A model generated the notes under the pieces. It was given only the letters and a program-made list of their open reading frames with translations. It made no database searches and was not told the origin of the DNA. A stretch of DNA of 63,992 nucleotides, the filler included, from Octopus bimaculoides (taxonomy: Eukaryota): the NCBI RefSeq assembly GCF_001194135.2. It is 4 parts of 4 records of this genome, joined end to end, with 100 filler letters (N's around TTAATTAATTAA, not from the genome) between each part and the next. Parts side by side here need not be neighbours in the genome. Positions count along the whole stretch, not along the records: positions 36,469 to 61,909 come from NC_068983.1; 3 more parts are not named here. One strand, given 5' to 3'. The position numbers and the translations under genes are program-made. Positions 39,986-53,039 of the stretch are shown one piece after another. How positions within the stretch are numbered: the stretch's first letter is position 1; each line of letters begins with the position of its first letter.

Positions 39986-40174
39986 ACAAAAAAATATATA
40001 TATATATATAAATACATAGGTATTGTTAAGTGCTTTGATAGACATAAGCATCACACTTAAGATACACGTGTATGTTCATGTAAGCGTGATTCCTAAACCA
40101 CCATGTAGGCACACGCCATTTTTGTGTAATGGACGTCAGGAATTACAATATAGAAGCGTATGCCTACATGTACG

Positions 40175-40217
<43 letters not shown>

Positions 40218-41299
40218 CTGTGTGTATGCTTTTTAAGTGAAGACATGTCTGTCCATATCTACGTACGTTTAACAGGCCATGAGTTCGTGTGTTTATAAAT
40301 GAATGTGCGTGCGTGTGTATGCGATTCTGTACAAGCGTAAATGTTACAGCGAATAAAGGTTTATTTTATTCATTCCTTTAATTTTTGTTTCCATCTATCT
40401 ATCTATCTCTCTGTCTGTCTATTTATCTATCAATCTATTTTTACTCCTTCACTTCTTTCTTTTTTACTTTTTCTATTTTTTTTTTTTTCGCTCAATCTTC
40501 CACCTGTCTGTCATTAGTCCACTCTTACCGCCTCCAGCATCCAAATATGCTATACCTATTCAATGCCGCCTTCCTATCGTTCTTGTTCCTTTGTCTAAAC
40601 TCCGCCTGTCAAACCATCTCTCGCCTTTCGAATCCCCGCTACCACCCCCAACCCCATCCCCGAGAAATGCATCAGCACCACCATCCTCTAACATTTAAAT
40701 GTGATTTTTAACCACGCACACCACCACCGCCACCACCACCACTAGAAATGCAGTAGTGTTATACATTCTCATTCCTCTCTCATATATATGTTGTTATTGT
40801 TTTATACTAGATCTGTTGGGATCCATTCGATCATCGTGTTCTTTATAGTCAGACACGGCTCAAGTGATCCCGCAGACGTTATGGCTCCTTTATCTATCTA
40901 TCTAGCTACCTAGCTAACTACCTTACTTCCTACCTACCTACTTACCTACCTGTCTATCTGTCTGTCTGTCTGTCTATCTCTTTATCTATCATCTATCTAG
41001 TTATCTAACACTCTATAAATATAAATATATATANNNNNNNNNNATATACAAACACGCACACACACACGCTCGCGCGCACACACACACGCTCGCGCGCACA
41101 CACACATTCACATAAAAACACACATACTCATACATATAAATTACATATATATGTTTGTGATTTTGCTTTTATCTACAGTATAAAGCCCTTCTCTCTCTCT
41201 CCATCTCCCTCTCGCTCCCTTTCCCTCGCCCCCCTCTCTCTCTGTATACAAACACATACACACACACGCACACACATCTACATATTGGTATTCTTAGTA

Positions 41300-41740
41300 G
41301 ATAGATTCATGGAAATATAGCGACTTAATTCGTATTTCCATTTACCGTTATTGAATAGGACCAGTTCTGTGACTACTTGTTTTGAATCCCTATCCGCCGA
41401 AGAGGATCGTAATTCACCCAATTTGACTTTAAGTACTATTACCACTTTTTATATCAGTGTCCCTGCTGATGGCTGCAATTAACTTCGCTATAAGAACTTT
41501 CACCCATTACAGTTTCTGAAATTAATATTCTTATACAGGGTACAAAATCAATTTGACTTCTTGATAATAGCTTCTGGATAAATGAGAATAATTTCGATCG
41601 AAAGATTCGGTTGAAATTAGCTGCATTGTTGCATCATACACCTTGAACTGCTTTCACTTAGATTGCTTATATTCTCTGAAGTCTCTACAGAAACGATGGT
41701 TTAGTAATCTTCCGTAACGTCGACAATCAACAAATAGTGG
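41300..41740 (-). mobile_element. Decayed Penelope-like RT fragment
   Basis: Minus strand with shifts gives SFD..., QKLLSRSQIDF, IKSGNST*/KVKLG-YD and VVTELVLF. These resemble PLE RT FDI..YPSIS.KLL, KKSGN..FDVTMGSYDGAEVCELV. Confidence 0.45.
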
Positions 41741-42102
41741 CTAACCCGTTCACTTCTGCTCTCTCTCTCTCTCCCCATTTAAATATATCTGTTCAGTATA
41801 TTAGTCTCTAAATCTAGAAGCACGATTTCAAATACATGATGGCCTCTTGGTGAAGCCAAGCTTATATTCCTTTCTTGGCTAAAAGATTGTTATTTCTAGA
41901 CAGTTTGAGGGAATTCCATCACATTTTATATTTATTATAAAATTTACTATGTAATCTAACAGACAGACAAACAAACATACACACACACATATCTGCACAT
42001 ATGCTCACACACCCACATATATATACATATACTTATATATATATGTATATACTTGTTTATTATTAAACCTGCAAAAACATCACAAAAAAAAATCACAAAA
42101 CA

Positions 42103-42140
42103 CTGCTACTCAGAGTTTCATGTTCTTGTTCGTCAGGCAG
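42103..42140 (-). ncRNA. Type I hammerhead ribozyme-like motif (left arm of inverted pair)
   Basis: Minus strand CUGC CUGACGA ACAAGAACAU GAAAC UCUGA GUA GCAG. Core intact, stem I CUGC/GCAG, palindromic stem III, stem II decayed. Confidence 0.6.
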
Positions 42141-42166
42141 TTATGATCAAGAATGTTTGACCACAC

Positions 42167-42204
42167 CTGCCCGACGAACGGGAACGTAACATTCTGAGTA
42201 GCAG
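42167..42204 (+). ncRNA. Type I hammerhead-like motif (right arm, core mutated)
   Basis: CUGC CCGACGA ACG-GGAA-CGU AACAU UCUGA GUA GCAG. Stem II intact with a GNRA loop, core carries substitutions. Confidence 0.45.
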
Positions 42205-43140
42205 TTTTTTTGTGATGTTTTTTCAGCTTTCAGAATGAAAAATAAAAGGATATTACTCTACCTCCGGTATTCGAGTACTATTTTTTCCCATCTTGTTTCG
42301 CATCTATGTGCTTACTCGTGTGTGTATGTGTGTAACACACATACATACACACACATACACACACACACACTGACAAACGCAAAGACACACACGCACACGC
42401 ACAGACACATATTAATCATTGTTTTTATAGATTAATTTTCTCATCAGAACTTTCGCTTTGCTCATCGCATGAAGTTGTCCGATGATCAAGGCATGGCCGA
42501 AACCTTGAAGTCATTGGCAACCTTTACCTTGTAAAACTTAACATATGTGTGTGTGAGTGTCTGAGTTTATGTGCGTGTGTATGTGTGTGTGCGTGTGTGT
42601 GTGTGTGTGAGTGTGTGTAGATATGTATGTATATTGATTTTGTCGCATTATGTGTTAATAACCAGAAATTCATGGCGCATCAAAGTTATTAAAGCAAAAT
42701 GTGAAAATACTAATTTATGACATGTCACAACTTGGAATAAAATTATGATGTTACAAGTTGTATGTAAAAAATATCTTTAAATGATATTACAACTGTGATT
42801 GAATACAAAATGTTTTCTCTACCTCAAATCGAAAACTATGATGTAACAATCTCTTGTCAAAGCTTTCTTTGATATTTTTACAACATTACTGAAATATATG
42901 AACCAATAAGAAAAGGGCTTGACCTGCTGGAAATAGCAAGAATCTACATCTTCCCCAGATTCTTCCTGTTATATGGAAAATAAAACAGAAAAACAAAAGA
43001 TAAGTTCGTATTGGATAATGCAATCCAAGATTAAATATATTTGATTAAAGGCTGGAAAAGTCCCCCAGTATGGCTTTGTCCCCAGATTGTTACAATTGGA
43101 GATGAATTAATGCCGATACCAACGACTTGTGACAAGTATA

Positions 43141-43358
43141 ATTCTTTTCTACTCAAGGCACAAGGCCTGAAATTTTTGGGGAGGGTGGACCAATCGATTA
43201 GATCGACATCAGTATGCAACTGGTACTTAATTTATCGACCCTCGAAAGAATGAAGGGCATAGTCGACCTTGGTGAAATTTGAACTCAGAACGTAAAGACA
43301 GACGAAATACTGCTAAGTATTTCGCCCGGCGTGCTAACGTTTCTGTTAGCTTACTGTC
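43141..43358 (-). mobile_element. tRNA-derived SINE (family A, tail type 1)
   Basis: Reverse complement of the 20217 copy, including the aaaatttc.ggccttgtgcct tail. Confidence 0.9.
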
Positions 43359-44339
43359 TTTGTAACTAGTATAATTATTTAACTAAAGCCTTTCTGGATA
43401 ACAAGGATTCATAAGGACAGCGCCCAAATTCCGGTTCTTTGTAGGATTAAAGTATTTTGGAAATTAAAAATAAACCTGCATTACAAGCAGGCCAATCACA
43501 GTTAAAATATAAGAAAGAAACGTTCCGGGGAACAAAATTGAACTTAAGACTACAAGATTACGACAGTTTACTCTATTACAAAGTACTTCTTTTCTGTGAA
43601 GTTCAGCACTGAACTATAATGGCCTGTGTTTCCAGCTTTAAGTATATAAATTGATGAGGAATTAGCGTTTGGTGATGAAAGGACCAACCGTTACTATTGT
43701 TTAGTTTAGATTCACGAAAAACTATATTGAAGCAGAACTGTGAACAAAGGAGTTCCAGTGTTGACCATCCTATATTCATTCGTAAATATATATATGTAAA
43801 TATATATATATATATATATATATGTTTATTTATAAATAATTAGATAGATAGATAGGTAGACATAAATATAGTATCCAATGTGTTCTTTTCCTATTCATTT
43901 TTCAAGATGACAGTATGGATTGAAAGGAGATTTGACTTGCTATTTTGAGCAACACTTTGGCAGTTCCCTGTTTCTTTGCTAGTGACGGTAGGGGACTGGC
44001 GATAGACCTTTAAACTCCTGTTCTCCTATGTTTGCTAACACTGCAATATATTGAACCTGCCTACATTATATGATATGGCACACATGTGAGAAAATTTATC
44101 TTGTCACACACCATAATTGTCATGAAACTTAGAGAAGCAACCACATATTTCTAGGTGAAAGTTTGATTAAATCGAGTCTATTTTTCGGTTTTTACTTTAT
44201 TCTATCGATCCCAGAAATATGAAAAACATAGTGAACCTTGTTTAAATTGGAGCTCAGAATGCAAAGTTGTGTCTCAGAATTTCGAAAGATTTGTAATAGA
44301 TTCCTTCTATGTTCTGAATTCATATCTATCGGATTTCAA

Positions 44340-44660
44340 TTTTCACTCTGGATTTAGCTGAAACAGGACTTCTTCAAAGGTTCTCTGGAGAAAGTTAATT
44401 CGACAGGGTGCATAGATCGGAGGGCAGGAAGTTTCTTCAAGTCCAGCAGTTAAATTCCTTTCCTTGAGAGGTCGCAGCTCGGGAAAATCGGACATGTGGT
44501 TAGAATGCCGCTGGAAAGAATCACAAGACAAAATCTTCAAGCGGCTGGAGACCTAGGGATAGATCACAAGCAAAATAGTTAAATAATATCCATGGTTTCC
44601 ATTGGTCAAGCTTGGGAATCCAGAAAGAAAGTGTAATGACGGTTGCTTCTGAAAGGAAGT
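44340..44660 (+). mobile_element. RTE-clade LINE 3' fragment
   Basis: Reads LERSQLGKIGHVVRMPLERITRQNLQA, matching the RTE C-terminal xRLRWFGHVxRM motif. Confidence 0.7.
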
Positions 44661-45456
44661 GCCATAGTTGGTTGCTTCTGATATGGAAGAAATGCTATAG
44701 AACTTTACCCTCACAACGCTCCCGAGAATAGTGGAATCTGTATATGGAAAGGTGGACTATGGTCTTGGAACAGAAAGAGCTAAGGAAAAAGGTAGATAAT
44801 GCAGGGACTTACAATTTCCGTCTACACCAGTCCATACCATCTCTTCTTCACAGATTACACGAACTGGTAAACTACGACGTGGAATTAATGATGTTGACGT
44901 AAGAATAGGATAGGGATACCCTACGAATGGAAAAAAAATACTTTACTAAATTAACTGAGCAAGAGTTACTAAAAATTAAAAGTATACACGAAAAGGTAAA
45001 GCAAGCATTTGCTTACAGTGTAAGATTAAAACAGATTAAAGAAAAGATAATTGGAAATGAAAGAGAATTATTTGAAGATGAAGAATGAGAAATTGAAAAT
45101 GCAAACTATAAGCTGAGGCACGTGAGTCAATCCAGAGTAAATATGGTTGAGGACGAAGGGTATACACACGCACACACATACATACAACACACTCACACAC
45201 ATACACATACACACATACAAACACATACTTACACACATACACATACACATTAAAAGAAAAAAAAGCCTCACATATTTATGTTTTAAGATTGTACACACAC
45301 ACACACATAGAGATACATGCATAAATACATACATACATGCATATATATATGTACATACATGCATACATACATGCATACATATATACATACATATATACAT
45401 ACATATATACATACATAAAACATATAAATCTGCACATATATACAAACATACATACA

Positions 45457-45490
<34 letters not shown>

Positions 45491-46075
45491 CATACATACA
45501 TACATACAAAAATACCTTGTTGTTGATGTTGAAATTCCAATGAAGGAGTCTTGGATCTAGGTTAGAAACCGGTTCTTTCCCTATTGGCAAGAAATCTTGA
45601 AATAAAACTGAACATTGACATATGCGTGTGTATGTATGTATGTATGTATGTATGTATGTATGTATGGATGGATGTATATAAGTATATGTATGCATATGTG
45701 TGTGTGTATATCTATATATGTATATCTGAGGGAATGGGTGCGCGTATGTGCGTCTGTGCATGTGCCTGTATAACGTTTCTGCCATCAGGAAAGAGTATAT
45801 TTAATTTTGCAAATCATTTCCACGTAATGATGTAAAATTTCAATATTTAATCGAGATTTCACCGTTGCTGAGATAAGCAGGTGGATTATCTGACAGGCAG
45901 ACATATTTAACTGGTCAGTGTAATGTAGTTTTTCTATTTCTAGGATTAAGGCAAGTTTGTTTTGTAGCTTTACTGCACAAATAACGCTGCCGTCGCTGCT
46001 CATCAAAGCGGCATTGACAATAACGAAAGGAATAATAACAATAACAATAATAATAACAATAATAATAACAACAAC

Positions 46076-46115
<40 letters not shown>

Positions 46116-47239
46116 TAGAAAGGATTGAGGTAACTCCTCCTGAAGATATAGAGTCAAAATTTTGACNNNNNNNNNNNNNNNNNNNNNNNNNNNNNNNNNN
46201 NNNNNNNNNNNNNNNNNNNNNNNNNNNNNNNNNNNNNNNNNNNNNNNNNNNNNNNNNNNNNNNNNNNNNNNNNNNNNNNNNNNNNNNNNNNNNNNNNNNN
46301 NNNNNNNNNNNNNNNNNNNNNNNNNNNNNNNNNNNNNNNNNNNNNNNNNNNNNNNNNNNNNNNNNNNNNNNNNNNNNNNNNNNNNNNNNNNNNNNNNNNN
46401 NNNNNNNNNNNNNNNNNNNNNNNNNNNNNNNNNNNNNNNNNNNNNNNNNNNNNNNNNNNNNNNNNNNNNNNNNNNNNNNNNNNNNNNNNNNNNNNNNNNN
46501 NNNNNNNNNNNNNNNNNNNNNNNNNNNNNNNNNNNNNNNNNNNNNNNNNNNNNNNNNNNNNNNNNNNNNNNNNNNNNNNNNNNNNNNNNNNNNNNNNNNN
46601 NNNNNNNNNNNNNNNNNNNNNNNNNNNNNNNNNNNNNNNNNNNNNNNNNNNNNNNNNNNNNNNNNNNNNNNNNNNNNNNNNNNNNNNNNNNNNNNNNNNN
46701 NNNNNNNNNNNNNNNNNNNNNNNNNNNNNNNNNNNNNNNNNNNNNNNNNNNNNNNNNNNNNNNNNNNNNNNNNNNNNNNNNNNNNNNNNNNNNNNNNNNN
46801 NNNNNNNNNNNNNNNNNNNNNNNNNNNNNNNNNNNNNNNNNNNNNNNNNNNNNNNNNNNNNNNNNNNNNNNNNNNNNNNNNNNNNNNNNNNNNNNNNNNN
46901 NNNNNNNNNNNNNNNNNNNNNNNNNNNNNNNNNNNNNNNNNNNNNNNNNNNNNNNNNNNNNNNNNATACAAATAATAAATGAGTAGATGCATATATATGT
47001 ACATGTATGTACATACCTACATCTACCTGTATATATAGATACATATCTGGGTACAGGACATTGCAAGCAAAACGTAGACAAAATGATAAACAAGGTACAG
47101 AAAATACACAGGCCACATACAGAACATTTCCTTCATCAGCTGCCACCATTCAACACTGGCGTTTCGAAGAGTTACATAATATATATATATGTATATGTAT
47201 ATGCATACATACATAGCTGCATACTCGCACACAAATACA

Positions 47240-47372
47240 TAATCGCGGTTATAAGTTTGCTTACCAACCACATGGTTCCAGGTTCAGTCCCACTGCATGG
47301 CACCGTGGGCAAGTGTCTTGTACTATAACTTCGGGCCGACCAAAGCCTTGTGAGTGGATTTGGTACAGGAAA
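47240..47372 (+). mobile_element. CORE-like SINE (family B) 5' part
   Basis: ccaaccacatggttccaggttcagtcccactgcatggcaccgtgggcaagtgtctt...ccaaagccttgtgagtggatttggta. Confidence 0.9.
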
Positions 47373-47647
47373 AATAAGTACCAATTGAGAACCGGGAGTC
47401 AGTGTAACCGATTTAGCCCCCTTCCTGAAAATTAGGGGCTTTAAGTGAATCGTCTACGCGTCGAACAAAATGCTCAGTGTCACTTGATTCGACTCTTGAA
47501 CCCGCCCTCGGTCTACTTTGCTTTTCATGCTTTCAGGGTCGATAAAATAACTCTGGCATTATTGATAATATCCACTAGGCCCCTTTCTCCTCCAAACTGC
47601 TGGCGTTGTGGTCACTGTTTGAAACCACAATCCTCCTCCTTCCCCTC

Positions 47648-47669
47648 CTCCTTATCATCATCATCATCA

Positions 47670-47702
<33 letters not shown>

Positions 47703-47725
47703 TCATCATCATCATCATCATCATC

Positions 47726-47759
<34 letters not shown>

Positions 47760-47780
47760 TCATCGTCATCATCATCGTCA
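47648..47780. repeat. Compound (CAT/CGT/CAC)n microsatellite
   Basis: Directly visible trinucleotide mosaic. Confidence 0.95.
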
Positions 47781-48888
47781 TTACCATTAATGGTTTGGAA
47801 GAATAATAATATGAATCTTTGATNNNNNNNNNNNNNNNNNNNNNNNNNNNNNNNNNNNNNNNNNNNNNNNNNNNNNNNNNNNNNNNNNNNNNNNNNNNNN
47901 NNNNNNNNNNNNNNNNNNNNNNNNNNNNNNNNNNNNNNNNNNNNNNNNNNNNNNNNNNNNNNNNNNNNNNNNNNNNNNNNNNNNNNNNNNNNNNNNNNNN
48001 NNNNNNNNNNNNNNNNNNNNNNNNNNNNNNNNNNNNNNNNNNNNNNNNNNNNNNNNNNNNNNNNNNNNNNNNNNNNNNNNNNNNNNNNNNNNNNNNNNNN
48101 NNNNNNNNNNNNNNNNNNNNNNNNNNNNNNNNNNNNNNNNNNNNNNNNNNNNNNNNNNNNNNNNNNNNNNNNNNNNNNNNNNNNNNNNNNNNNNNNNNNN
48201 NNNNNNNNNNNNNNNNNNNNNNNNNNNNNNNNNNNNNNNNNNNNNNNNNNNNNNNNNNNNNNNNNNNNNNNNNNNNNNNNNNNNNNNNNNNNNNNNNNNN
48301 NNNNNNNNNNNNNNCTCTCTCTCTCTCTCCTCTTACTTCTCCTCCTTTATTTTCTTTTTCTTCTTTTTCGTTGTTCGCTTTCGCCCTCCCCCCCTCACTC
48401 CTACCATTCCGGTCCCACGACTTCCTCTTTCATTCCTTCCTCCTCCCCCACATCTTCCGCATTGTACCAAAAAAACAAACAAAAAAAAAAGACCAGAACA
48501 ACAAAAAACACACAAGAAAAAATAAACCAAGCAAATTCCGATTCAAACCGCAACGAGAACAACAATAAAAGCAAACACTATATTAACGACAATCAAGTTT
48601 TTCGTTTTATTAACATTCATTTTAATTATGAGGTTTCAAGTGTTGGCGTTGATCTTCAGTGGAGTAATGGCGGCGGTGGTGTTAATGATTTCGTCGTTGT
48701 GGCCGTCGTGATCTTCGTGGTGGTGGGGGTGGGTGGGGATGGTGTAGACGATATAATAGACCCCCACCACCACCATCAACAACAACAACACCATCACCAA
48801 CATATCAGAAAAAAAGAGAAGAAAACAAAAAAACAAATTTTAGATATAAATGTAAAAAAAAAACACGTCTAAACAACAATGATGACGC

Positions 48889-48923
<35 letters not shown>

Positions 48924-49425
48924 TTGATAATAATAATCGTAATTACAATATAAAAATGATGATGATGATGATGATAATAATAATATGCGCATCCTTTTGA
49001 TTCATCATTTATTAATTTCGTTTTCATTCGTTTATTCGATCATTCGTTCGTTCTTTTATTCTTTCATTCGTTTATTTGATCATTCTTTCATTCTTTTATT
49101 CTTATTATTCCGATTATTTCGTTTATTGACGTGTTTATTTAATTACGCTCGGATTTTTCTTGACGAATTTTTGTGGTTGCAATTGTTGTTGTTGCTGTTG
49201 TTGTTGCTGTGTTCGTTTTTGTTTTGGCTTTTTTTTTGCTGTTGTTTAGTGTATGTTTTTTTCTTTTTGTTGCTTTGTTTGTTTTTGCTGACTTATCGGC
49301 TTGAAGATATTTTAATTGAGCAGTTGTTGGATGTTTCACAAATTTATTGATTTTTGCGAGTTTATTGCAGCTTGTAAATTGTAAATTCATGGTAGCACAC
49401 ACACACACACACACACAAGCACACA

Positions 49426-49465
<40 letters not shown>

Positions 49466-50129
49466 ACACCACACCACACACACACAACCACACACACCAC
49501 ACCACACAAACACACACAACACACACGTGCATATACATACACACACACGAACACATACACACATACCCACACATAAATACACATGCACATGCTCCGACAC
49601 ATGAGTATGTAGGCGCATGGATATACACACACGAATACACTCACACACATGCACACACATAAACACACGCATGCACATTCAAACATTCACACATACACAA
49701 GCACACACATATACGTGAACATTGAAATGCAGGTATATGCATACATACACACCAATATATATAGATATATATGTGTGTGTGTGTGTATGTATATATATAT
49801 ATATATGTGTATGTATATATATATATATAGTATATATGTATATATTGGCATTGTTGCGAGTGGTATAGGAAAATATTCATGCTGTGATAATTTTGTGTAG
49901 TTGGATATAATCCGAATGTGAGTATAAATGTGCACAGCTATATGTATATTGAGAAGAGTATGCGATTCTAAACTCATAAGAAATACTATATCTGGACGAA
50001 TACCACAGTAAATTTGCGTTTTCGAGATGTCTCTACATTATTTATGATTCACAGATGCCTATTCTAATCTAATGCAGTTACATAACTTGTATGATAGACC
50101 GTTGACCAACACCATTCAATTCTTTTTCT

Positions 50130-50290
50130 CCGTGTTTTTCTCCTTGTTTTCTCCGTATTCTTTCTGTTGAAGAGCGTAGCTCGAAACGTTAAAGACTTTC
50201 CGTATTCCCGAGCGTCATACTAATACATCCTTTTGTTGTTTACACCACCTGTCCTCGTCTGTTCTTGTTTTTTTTTTCGTACATTCTCCC
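50130..50290 (+). mobile_element. Penelope-terminus-like dispersed repeat carrying a hammerhead-like motif, ending at (TA)n
   Basis: Homologous to 28170-28350 and contains the motif at 50159-50195. Confidence 0.65.
50159..50195 (+). ncRNA. Minimal type I hammerhead-like motif, CUGUUGA core variant
   Basis: UCUUU CUGUUGA A GAGC-GUA-GCUC GAAAC GUU AAAGA. Stem I 5 bp, stem II 4 bp, palindromic AACGUU stem III. Confidence 0.55.
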
Positions 50291-50304
50291 ATATATATAT
50301 ATAA

Positions 50305-50348
<44 letters not shown>

Positions 50349-50495
50349 TGTCATAGAGTATTCTGAAATATAAGCGCCATTGCATAGAAGACTTTCGATC
50401 CTGTCGAATACCATTGGAGACAGCTGCCTTTTGCTTGAGACACAAATCACAGCAAAGTAATCAATATGTATGTGTGTGTACGTGCGGGTGTGTTG

Positions 50496-50528
<33 letters not shown>

Positions 50529-50885
50529 CCCTTCTGCCTGTCTGTATCTATCTGTCTATGTCTGTCTGTCTTTGTATATATGTATTAGTTATATAGTTAC
50601 TTTTAATTGGCAGAAGTTACATTGTCTCTCAAGGGCCTAGAGTTTCATGCATTGGCACTCATCAAACTTAGTATGTAGCATTTATGAAATGCGCGGAATA
50701 CTCGTTCCTTGAGTCACATTCTAACTTGTACCGATTATATATATATAACTGATCAATAGACCAATTGAGTAACCCATCAGTAACGAACCGATAATGACGA
50801 CTTGAAACATCTGTAAGTCAAATTTTACTCCAATAAAGGAAAAATATATCATGACCATTATTTATACCTAGTCTTATACACGCAT

Positions 50886-50966
<81 letters not shown>

Positions 50967-51478
50967 TATACTTATGTTTCGATTTCTAACACATACACAC
51001 ACACACACACAGACACACAAGCACAAACATACACACACACACACATACTGATGTTTCAATCTCTAATTTTCGGTTTTCATCTGGTACTTATTCTATCATC
51101 TTCAATAGGGATGCAAACAAACCAACGCCAGTTGTCAAGCGGTGGTAGGGGACAAACACAAAGTCACATGCACGCACACACACACATACACATAAACACA
51201 CACACACGCACACACGATAGTCTTTCACACAGTTTCTGCCTATCAAATTCACTCACAAGGCATTCGTCTTGGTGCCAGGCTAGAAAACATTTGCCCAACG
51301 AACCTCACAGCAGTGAAAGAACACCCGAAGCTAAGAGTGAGTGTATGTCTGCGCCATAAAGAAAAGAAAAGAGAAAAAACTGAGCCTCTCGTATCCTTGG
51401 CAGCATTTTTTTTTTTTTTTGCAGAAGAAATGTACACTTAACGAAATCGAAGGAGAGTTTAACGGCCTTACAATCGCG

Positions 51479-51526
<48 letters not shown>

Positions 51527-51583
51527 CATATGTGTGCGTGTGTGTGTGTGTACATATATATGTATATATATTTGTATATACAT

Positions 51584-51617
<34 letters not shown>

Positions 51618-51756
51618 CATTGTGTCTGGGAAGAGTCATTCGCTTTTAGTGGTTTGTTACTCAACACACAAACACCGGTTCGATTTCCACTCATTTATTT
51701 GTTCTTTCTAAAATTTTCGTTGCGTCTTGCAACCTCCTCAATAATCGTTGTATATA

Positions 51757-51875
<119 letters not shown>

Positions 51876-52134
51876 GTTATATCACTTGGGTAATTTGAGA
51901 CCAATAACCTGACGTAGAACTCAATCTCTGTACGTTTAAAAGCGAAGTGTTCGCTGAGTATAGAGCAGCGTCAAGAAAGAGAGATGACAAAGGTATAAAT
52001 AATTATCATTTGAATTTCATTAGCTTAAGTGTGTTTCTGCTATAAAATGCAATGTAATCATAGTTGAGTGTATAGGCAGAAATGTATAGGCAGAAATGTA
52101 ATTCTTTCCCAAATAAATTGCACTTCATAGTCGG

Positions 52135-52215
52135 GGCTCTGATGAAGCTATAGGGTGTTATTCAAGCACTTGACTATGAGTCTACTGCACCTTACAGTAG
52201 AAACAGGTGTAAGCT
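52135..52215 (+). ncRNA. Hammerhead-like motif with a 54-nt two-hairpin insert
   Basis: GGCU CUGAUGA [54 nt] GAAAC AGGU GUA AGCU. Stem I GGCU/AGCU, stem III ACA/UGU. Confidence 0.5.
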
Positions 52216-52575
52216 AATGGAGGTCATAATGTAATCATTTACTTCTTTGCCATTATTCTTTCTTACACACACACACATTCATGTAAATAGATATAGATAT
52301 AGATATACACACACATGTATATATATTATATATATATATATATANNNNNNNNNNNNNNNNNNNNNNNNNNNNNNNNNNNNNNNNNNNNNNNNNNNNNNNN
52401 NNNNNNNNNNNNNNNNNNNNNNNNNNNNNNNNNNNNNNNNNNNNNNNNNNNNNNNNNNNNNNNNNNNNNNNNNNNNNNNNNNNNNNNNNNNNNNNNNNNN
52501 NNNNNNNNNNNNNNNNNNNNNNNNNNNNNNNNNNNNNNNNNNNNNNNNNNNNNNNNNNNNNNNNNNNNNNNNNNN

Positions 52576-52615
<40 letters not shown>

Positions 52616-53039
52616 ATATATATGTGTGTGTATGTGTGTGTATGTGTGTGTATGAATTTGCATCAACATAAAAAGCATTGTAATGTACATTGTAATGTAA
52701 TCAATGTAAATTAGCCATGAAAAATTAATTCGTAATTTCTCCTTTGATATTATCTCCCCTTTTCCATAAGACTTGCTAATAATTGCCGCTAGGCTTATTC
52801 ATTTCTTTCTTCATTTAAGACGCAACTTTCAATTAATTAACTTAAAATATATAACGACCCACATACAATCCTTTTTACACAGTCAATAAATATACATAAC
52901 GTTTCACCCCACCTCTTGCCCCTCCTCCGCTGTCACGTTAAACTCTCATTACAATTTCATTAAAAGTACACATCGTCAATGAAGAATTCTTGCCAAGAAT
53001 ACAAGAGACTCCTGTTTTGTCTCTGTTTTGTTTCTTTAT

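Noticed and set aside
41359-41408. Apparent plus-strand exon (ag|GACC...GATC|gtaatt, TSSVTTCFESLSAEED)
   Set aside because: Overlaps the antisense of a decayed Penelope-like RT. Chance splice-like sites are more likely.
42441-42525. Further hammerhead-like words (ccgatga..gaaac..gtc on plus; cgatgagcaaagcgaaag on minus)
   Set aside because: Cores are mutated and stems I/II cannot be paired convincingly.
47110-47175. Minus-strand GAAAC...CUGAUGA as a type II hammerhead
   Set aside because: No stem I pairing and only marginal stem II.
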